Assembly: GCA_032027045.1 (NCBI GenBank)
Contig: JAVSMU010000001.1
Span: forward strand, 2,309,112-2,373,111
DNA from: Truepera sp.
GTDB taxonomy: Bacteria > Deinococcota > Deinococci > Deinococcales > Trueperaceae
Direction: 5' to 3'
DNA: 64,000 nucleotides
Shown here: one piece after another, positions 63,774 to 64,000 of the stretch
Layout: each line of letters opens with the position of its first letter
Numbering within the stretch: position 1 is the stretch's first letter
The notes under the pieces: generated by a model
The model's input: the letters and a program-made list of their open reading frames with translations, nothing else
Database searches by the model: none
What the model was told of the DNA's origin: nothing
Program-made: the position numbers and the translations under genes

Positions 63774-64000
63774 TCACTCGCGCGCCGGCGTCAACTCCCT
63801 GATGTCGGCCCCGCTCGGCCGCTGGTATACGCGTAGGTCGAACTCGGGCAGGATGGCCATGAGGTGGTCGAACACGTCGGCCTGCACACCCTCGTAAACG
63901 TCCCAGCGGACGTCGGCCACGAACACGTAGATCTCGATGGGCACGCCCTCCGGAGTCGCCTCCAACTGGCGCACCAAGAAGGTGAGGTCCTGCGAGATGT
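63774..64000 (-). CDS. mechanosensitive ion channel family protein (MscS/YbdG-like), C-terminal fragment; gene continues past the window end
   Basis: The frame stays open to position 64000 (ISQDLTFLVRQLEATPEGVPIEIYVFVADVRWDVYEGVQADVFDHLMAILPEFDLRVYQRPSG). This resembles MscS-family C-terminal domains. Confidence 0.7.
   Translation of the reverse strand, partial: ISQDLTFLVRQLEATPEGVPIEIYVFVADVRWDVYEGVQADVFDHLMAILPEFDLRVYQRPSGADIRELTPARE

Overview
This is a high-GC bacterial chromosomal segment. By eye it is in the high-60s % G+C, and the first ~2 kb is visibly lower. It carries about 50 protein genes on both strands. I saw no rRNA, tRNA, CRISPR array, transposase or integrase. Most long ORFs in the six-frame track that overlap the genes below are high-GC antisense or shadow frames. 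Content is mainly housekeeping. It includes a surface-glycan corner (two Wzy_C-type membrane proteins, one fused to a WbaP-like phosphoglycosyl transferase, then uppS and a mannose-1-P guanylyltransferase). It also includes pyrR-pyrB-pyrC with a PyrR RNA site, a Crp/Fnr regulator, SCO, a PAS/GAF/HD-GYP protein, a DsrMK-like membrane Fe-S oxidoreductase, bioY, a secreted VWA protein with four tandem domains, tkt, coaE, cca and ribH. Further along are galE, ilvE, a thiolase, a large G8/beta-helix lipoprotein collinear with vertebrate CEMIP/TMEM2, proS, a ParB-like/USP fusion, FrnE-type DsbA, metG, recQ and an M29 aminopeptidase. The window ends with an FMN riboswitch plus ribD-ribE-ribBA, a CNNM/TlyC protein, a MATE pump, a 1059-aa BTAD/NB-ARC/TPR regulator, a proXWV-type betaine ABC transporter and a partial MscS-family gene. 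The eukaryote/archaeon-like ProRS ending in ...ARAY, the FrnE-type DsbA and the many start codons lying 6-8 nt after a TAnnnT box (leaderless mRNAs) fit Deinococcota (Deinococcus/Truepera-like). That assignment is an inference, not a search result. Five things are most worth a second look. (1) A promoter, Met-Met micro-ORF, antiterminator and terminator arrangement lies directly upstream of metG. (2) A Wzy_C::WbaP fusion ORF sits next to a low-GC island. (3) An orphan structured RNA candidate ends in a very strong UUCG-capped intrinsic terminator in the 450-nt gap next to bioY. (4) A bacterial protein is homologous to CEMIP/TMEM2 along its full length. (5) A ParB-like/USP-USP protein and a strongly coding orphan 65-aa ORF. 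I found no clear multi-gene novel system such as a defence island. All family calls come from motifs read by eye and need HMM/BLAST confirmation.
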